Assembly: GCA_964016885.1 (NCBI GenBank)
Contig: OZ024741.1
Location: forward strand, 38,378,001-38,442,000
DNA: 64,000 nt
Source of the DNA: Eledone cirrhosa
Taxonomy: Eukaryota
Reading direction: 5' to 3'
The notes under the pieces are model-generated. The model was not told the DNA's origin. It saw only the letters and a program-made list of their open reading frames with translations, and made no database searches. The translations under genes were made by a program, and so were the position numbers. This document shows, one piece after another, positions 60,017 to 64,000 of this stretch (within the stretch, counting starts at the first letter, position 1; the number at the start of each line of letters is the position of its first letter).

Positions 60017-60318
60017 AGATCAAAAGATGGTTAAAAGAGTTCCATGTATTTTATTATGCGCATTTCAAAAACAAATATCACCATGGGATGATACTTGCGT
60101 TCTCATCAGATAAAATAGGGAGACATGATATGAAGTTTAAAAAACTCTTGCGAGCAGTGAAGTGTTCAATCTACATATGAAAAATAAAATAAAATGGATA
60201 TATGAGATTGGGGAAAAAAAGAAGGAAGGGAGAAGGAAAAGGTAAAGAAGAGGAAGAAAGAAAATAAAGGATGACGGGGGAGGAGTATAAGAAGGAAGGA
60301 TGAGAGAGGAGGAGAAAT

Positions 60319-60398
<80 letters not shown>

Positions 60399-62540
60399 TA
60401 GCCTTTAATACTGAGAAACAGTGTCTCACAGAGAGAAATTTAAAAAAACCGTTGTAAGATAATACATAATTAAAAAAAAAATTTGAAATTAAAAGTTAAT
60501 GAGGTTTATGAATGGTGATGTTTATGATTAAAGAAAAAGGAATTAAGAATAGTATTTATTTAAGGTTTATATATTGAAGGGTTTAATAATATGTGCGAAA
60601 AGGAATTTATTAATATGTATTATTAAAATAAAAATATTAAGGAGATAAGGTGAATGAATAAGAAATTAAATGAATTATGAACTTAGGGGTAGGGTCTAAG
60701 TTTGTTTCTATGTATTGTAATATGAAAAAGTAAATGATAGGTTTAATACGAGCACGGAAGGAGAGAAGAAAGAAAACATTTAAGGAAGAAAAAATATATA
60801 ACGTCAAAAATATATGTTTACAAAATTTACTAATGGTAATATTAGTATATAATAAAAATATAGTTTGTATGGCCAAAAATATAAGGAAAATGCTATAGTG
60901 AGTAATAATATGAATTAAGAAGTAATTGAGAAGTAATAGTTACAGATTAAAGATTAGAAATTAAAAAAGAAAAGAGGAAAAAGGAAAAAAGGAAAAAAAG
61001 AAGAAAAAAGAAAAAATAGGGGACCGCTAACGACATGAGTAAATTGTATAATATAATATACTGAAATAAGGTAGAAAGATGGGTATATTTGTAAAAGATA
61101 TAAAAGCGTTTGAGAAAAGAAGATCTTAAACTAATTAGGTAGTGAGATATTAACTGTATACTTTATGGAAAGTTCTATGGGATTTATGCAAGCAGAGCGA
61201 AAATAAATCTGTACGTCTATTTATTATAGAATTAAAATTAGAGATAATGGTAAATTTCTCGGCTAGGCAGAGATTATGGCGTATCTAAAGATAAGTATAA
61301 TAACCTTATCCTTAAGGAACCAAGGAAGAATTATCGTAAAACTAACCATGACAATTTGGAATCTATACACTTGGAAGCTTCTGATGTCTAAACTTAGCAT
61401 CGAGAAAAAGACCGAACCATTCTTCCCAAGAACTCCGAGGATAAATCTTAAGGATCATAAAAGTAATTTTCGAACGGGATTGCCTGTTAGTACTAATCGC
61501 CCCCTCTAAATCAGATCTGGGGGTTGTTAGTAAATCCATCTTGGATAGAATTATCCCACAGGTTCGTTCTAATTGCTCTATTTCTAACTTAAATTTATGG
61601 ATTGGTACATCTGATGTAATTAACTGGTTCAATGACCTGAATAATAAAAACAAACAAAAATGTATTAAGTTTGACATTGCCAGTTACTATTCTTCTATTT
61701 CTCCTTCACTCCTCAACAACGCTCTATCTTTCGCATTTAAATATTCTGACATTACCACAGATGAACTTTACATCATTCTCACCGCAAGAAAAACTATCCT
61801 GAAATTCAACAACGAATATTGGACTAGAGCTGATACTTCCAACAATTTTGATATCACAATGGGTTTGACGGATTCAGCGAAATTGACGGACTTGGTTGGT
61901 ATCTTTATTTTGAATTCTTTAAATCGGAAAATTCCTCAACTTCGCGGTGGAATTTATCGTGACAATGCCCTTTTTACTGTCTTAAACTGTAACCTAGTTA
62001 ACCTTAATATTATTAAGAATAATATACTTGATCTATTTAAGCACCATAACCTAAAAATTGAATTTGAAAACAACGTCAAACTAGCTAACTTCCTGGATAT
62101 ATCCCTTAATCTTGACACCGGCCTATATTACCCTTACCATAAAGGCAATGAGAATCTAAATTATGTTAATTTTAAATCTAACCACCCCATTAACGTTAAA
62201 AATGCTATAGTCAGTAATGTTGAAAAAAGAATCTCAAATCTACCCTCTAATAAAGTTATCTTCGACGCTAATGCCAATTATTATAATAATACGCTTTCCA
62301 AAGCCGGTTATCCTGACAAAATTAAATACAGTAAAGAAAACAATCATCGAAGGACTTATAGTAAAATAGTTAGTTATGAACATTCCAATAACTTAAATAA
62401 AAGACCTAGATACAAAAATATGATTTGGTACAACGCTCATTTTTCTCTATCTATTACTAGTAATATTTCTAAACTATTTTTAGGACCTTAGATAAATGCT
62501 TCCCTCCCTCGCATATCAATAGTAAGATCTTTAACAAACT
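60010..62540. mobile_element. Hydra-clade-like PLE: 3' end on minus (60010-61275, hammerhead 60047-60117) joined to an inverted RT segment on plus (61276-62540)
   Basis: 60010-61275 is a close copy of 49826-51030, and the RT ORF follows on the opposite strand. Confidence 0.85.
61541..62491 (+). pseudogene. PLE reverse transcriptase fragment (catalytic YRDD reads YRDN)
   Basis: KFDIASYYSSI, FDITMGLTDSAKLTDLVG, GIYRDNAL, FLDISLNL, YVNFKSNHP, IWYN. Confidence 0.85.
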
Positions 62541-62725
62541 TGGGGAGAAGGGAAAGTCGATTAAATAGACCCAGTCTGTTACTGGTACTCTATTTTATCG
62601 ACCCCCGTAAGGATGAAAGGCAAATCTAACCTCGGCGGGATTAGAACGCAGAACTTAAAGGGCCGTAACTCTCTGTTACAAAGCATGTTGTCCGGCGCTT
62701 AACCGATACTGCCAACCACCACCCT
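62541..62725 (-). mobile_element. tRNA-derived SINE (array family, tail missing)
   Basis: Core TTTTATCGACCCCCGTAAGGATGAAAGGCAAA on the plus strand. Confidence 0.85.
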
Positions 62726-63014
62726 TACCCTAATTATTAATAATAACAAAAGAATAGAAAAAATATATATATTTGCAATCAATCTATCCATCCGCTTGTC
62801 CAGTTATTTCAGTATTTTAACCACCCAGTACCATCCCACCCGCCTCTGTAGACCGTCTCTTTTGTTGTATTTCTTATTCCTTATTTTATTTTCTGCAGTT
62901 CCCATCTTTGTCATCAACTCTCAGCTTCGACTGTCACTATTTCTCCAATTTTCTTCTTTATATGTTTATGCCCCCCCCCCTCTCTCTGTCTCTCTCTCTA
63001 TATATATATATATA

Positions 63015-63211
63015 GGAACAAGTATGACCCCGACAGCAGAACTCAAGCCGTTTCGACGACTATTTCTGAACATTTTAGTCCAGAAATAGCCGTCGAAACG
63101 GCTTGAGCTCTGCCGTCGTGGTCATACTTGTTCCGATTACCCACTCTACTACCCTAAGTATTGAGTACTTTGGTGCGTTATGGTCCAGCTGGTTCCTTAC
63201 CACAATTCCTT

Positions 63212-63215
<4 letters not shown>
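63015..63215 (+). mobile_element. Fold-back mini-element (arms about 54 bp) of the 41387 family, truncated inside the ribozyme
   Basis: 63015-63068 mirrors 63081-63134. The tail TGGTGCGTTATGGTCCA matches 40530-40550 reversed. Confidence 0.78.
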
Positions 63216-63255
<40 letters not shown>

Positions 63256-63376
63256 TTATATATATAATATAGGGCGACTGACTGAGGTGAAAGCAGCTAG
63301 TTGGTCAGTCGTCCTCTTGTGTTTGATTTTTTAGCCCCATGGATTTTATCTGTTATGTTCCTTTGTTATATTTCGA

Positions 63377-63434
63377 ATACCTGATGATATCACCGGATTC
63401 ATACGGAACCCGGTCATTGAAATGATCATAGTAT
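63377..63434 (+). ncRNA. Type-I hammerhead ribozyme motif
   Basis: atac CTGATGA tatcaccgg..ccggtcatt GAA ATGATCAT A gtat, followed immediately by AATAAA. Confidence 0.8.
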
Positions 63435-63630
63435 AATAAACCTTTCAAGGATTTACACCAGTCCAGCCTCCTGTTATTTTATAATAATTAACACCGTACT
63501 CGCACCACCAACTACACAAATGAAGACAGGTGAACTGCATTACGTTGAGTACTCTCCATAATATTACATCAAGATTTACCATACGGAATAACCAGCTCTA
63601 TCCAGTGGTGAACCAACAAACCTAAATAAA

Positions 63631-63684
<54 letters not shown>

Positions 63685-63778
63685 AATACTATCTAACCAC
63701 ATTTTTGCATATATATCTATGCTCACTACTCCCATTTTCTCCTTACCTCTCCTGTTTCTCTCGCTCACTCTCTCCCCT

Positions 63779-63826
<48 letters not shown>

Positions 63827-63830
63827 TCTT

Positions 63831-63867
<37 letters not shown>

Positions 63868-64000
63868 CTATCTTACCACCTATCTGCATATCTATCTATA
63901 CTCATTTCTCTCATTTTCTCCCTACCTCTCCTGTTTCTCTCCTCCTCTTCTTCAACCCATTATAAATATATCTGCAGGTGCCGACCAAAGTCTGTTATGT

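Overview
Animal genomic DNA made up almost entirely of repeats. The tRNA-type SINE family and very long (TA)n tracts suggest a cephalopod such as octopus (inference). No host gene can be supported, and nearly all listed ORFs are microsatellite artefacts. Contents: (1) a near-complete Penelope-like element (PLE) at 9945-14359 (-) with 282-bp direct pseudo-LTRs, RT and a C-terminal GIY-YIG endonuclease. It also has an upstream coiled-coil-like ORF that overlaps the RT frame at a U_UUU_UUA heptamer. (2) Fragments of at least two more PLE families. (3) About 15 small fold-back (palindromic) inserts, most of them in or next to (TA)n. They are PLE-like 3' ends joined head-to-head. Together with the PLE termini they carry about 28 type-I hammerhead ribozyme motifs from a dozen or more families, including U3-A8 core variants. 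Many are followed by a shared RYUC...GARY stem. (4) Two decayed Tx1/L1-clade LINEs whose 3' tail matches the tail of the local SINE; one sits in the middle of a 6-copy SINE array. (5) R4/Dong-like fragments with (CATA)n tails, RTE-derived non-autonomous copies, a CR1 3' fragment and a (CCAG)n satellite. All coordinates and folds were read by eye.
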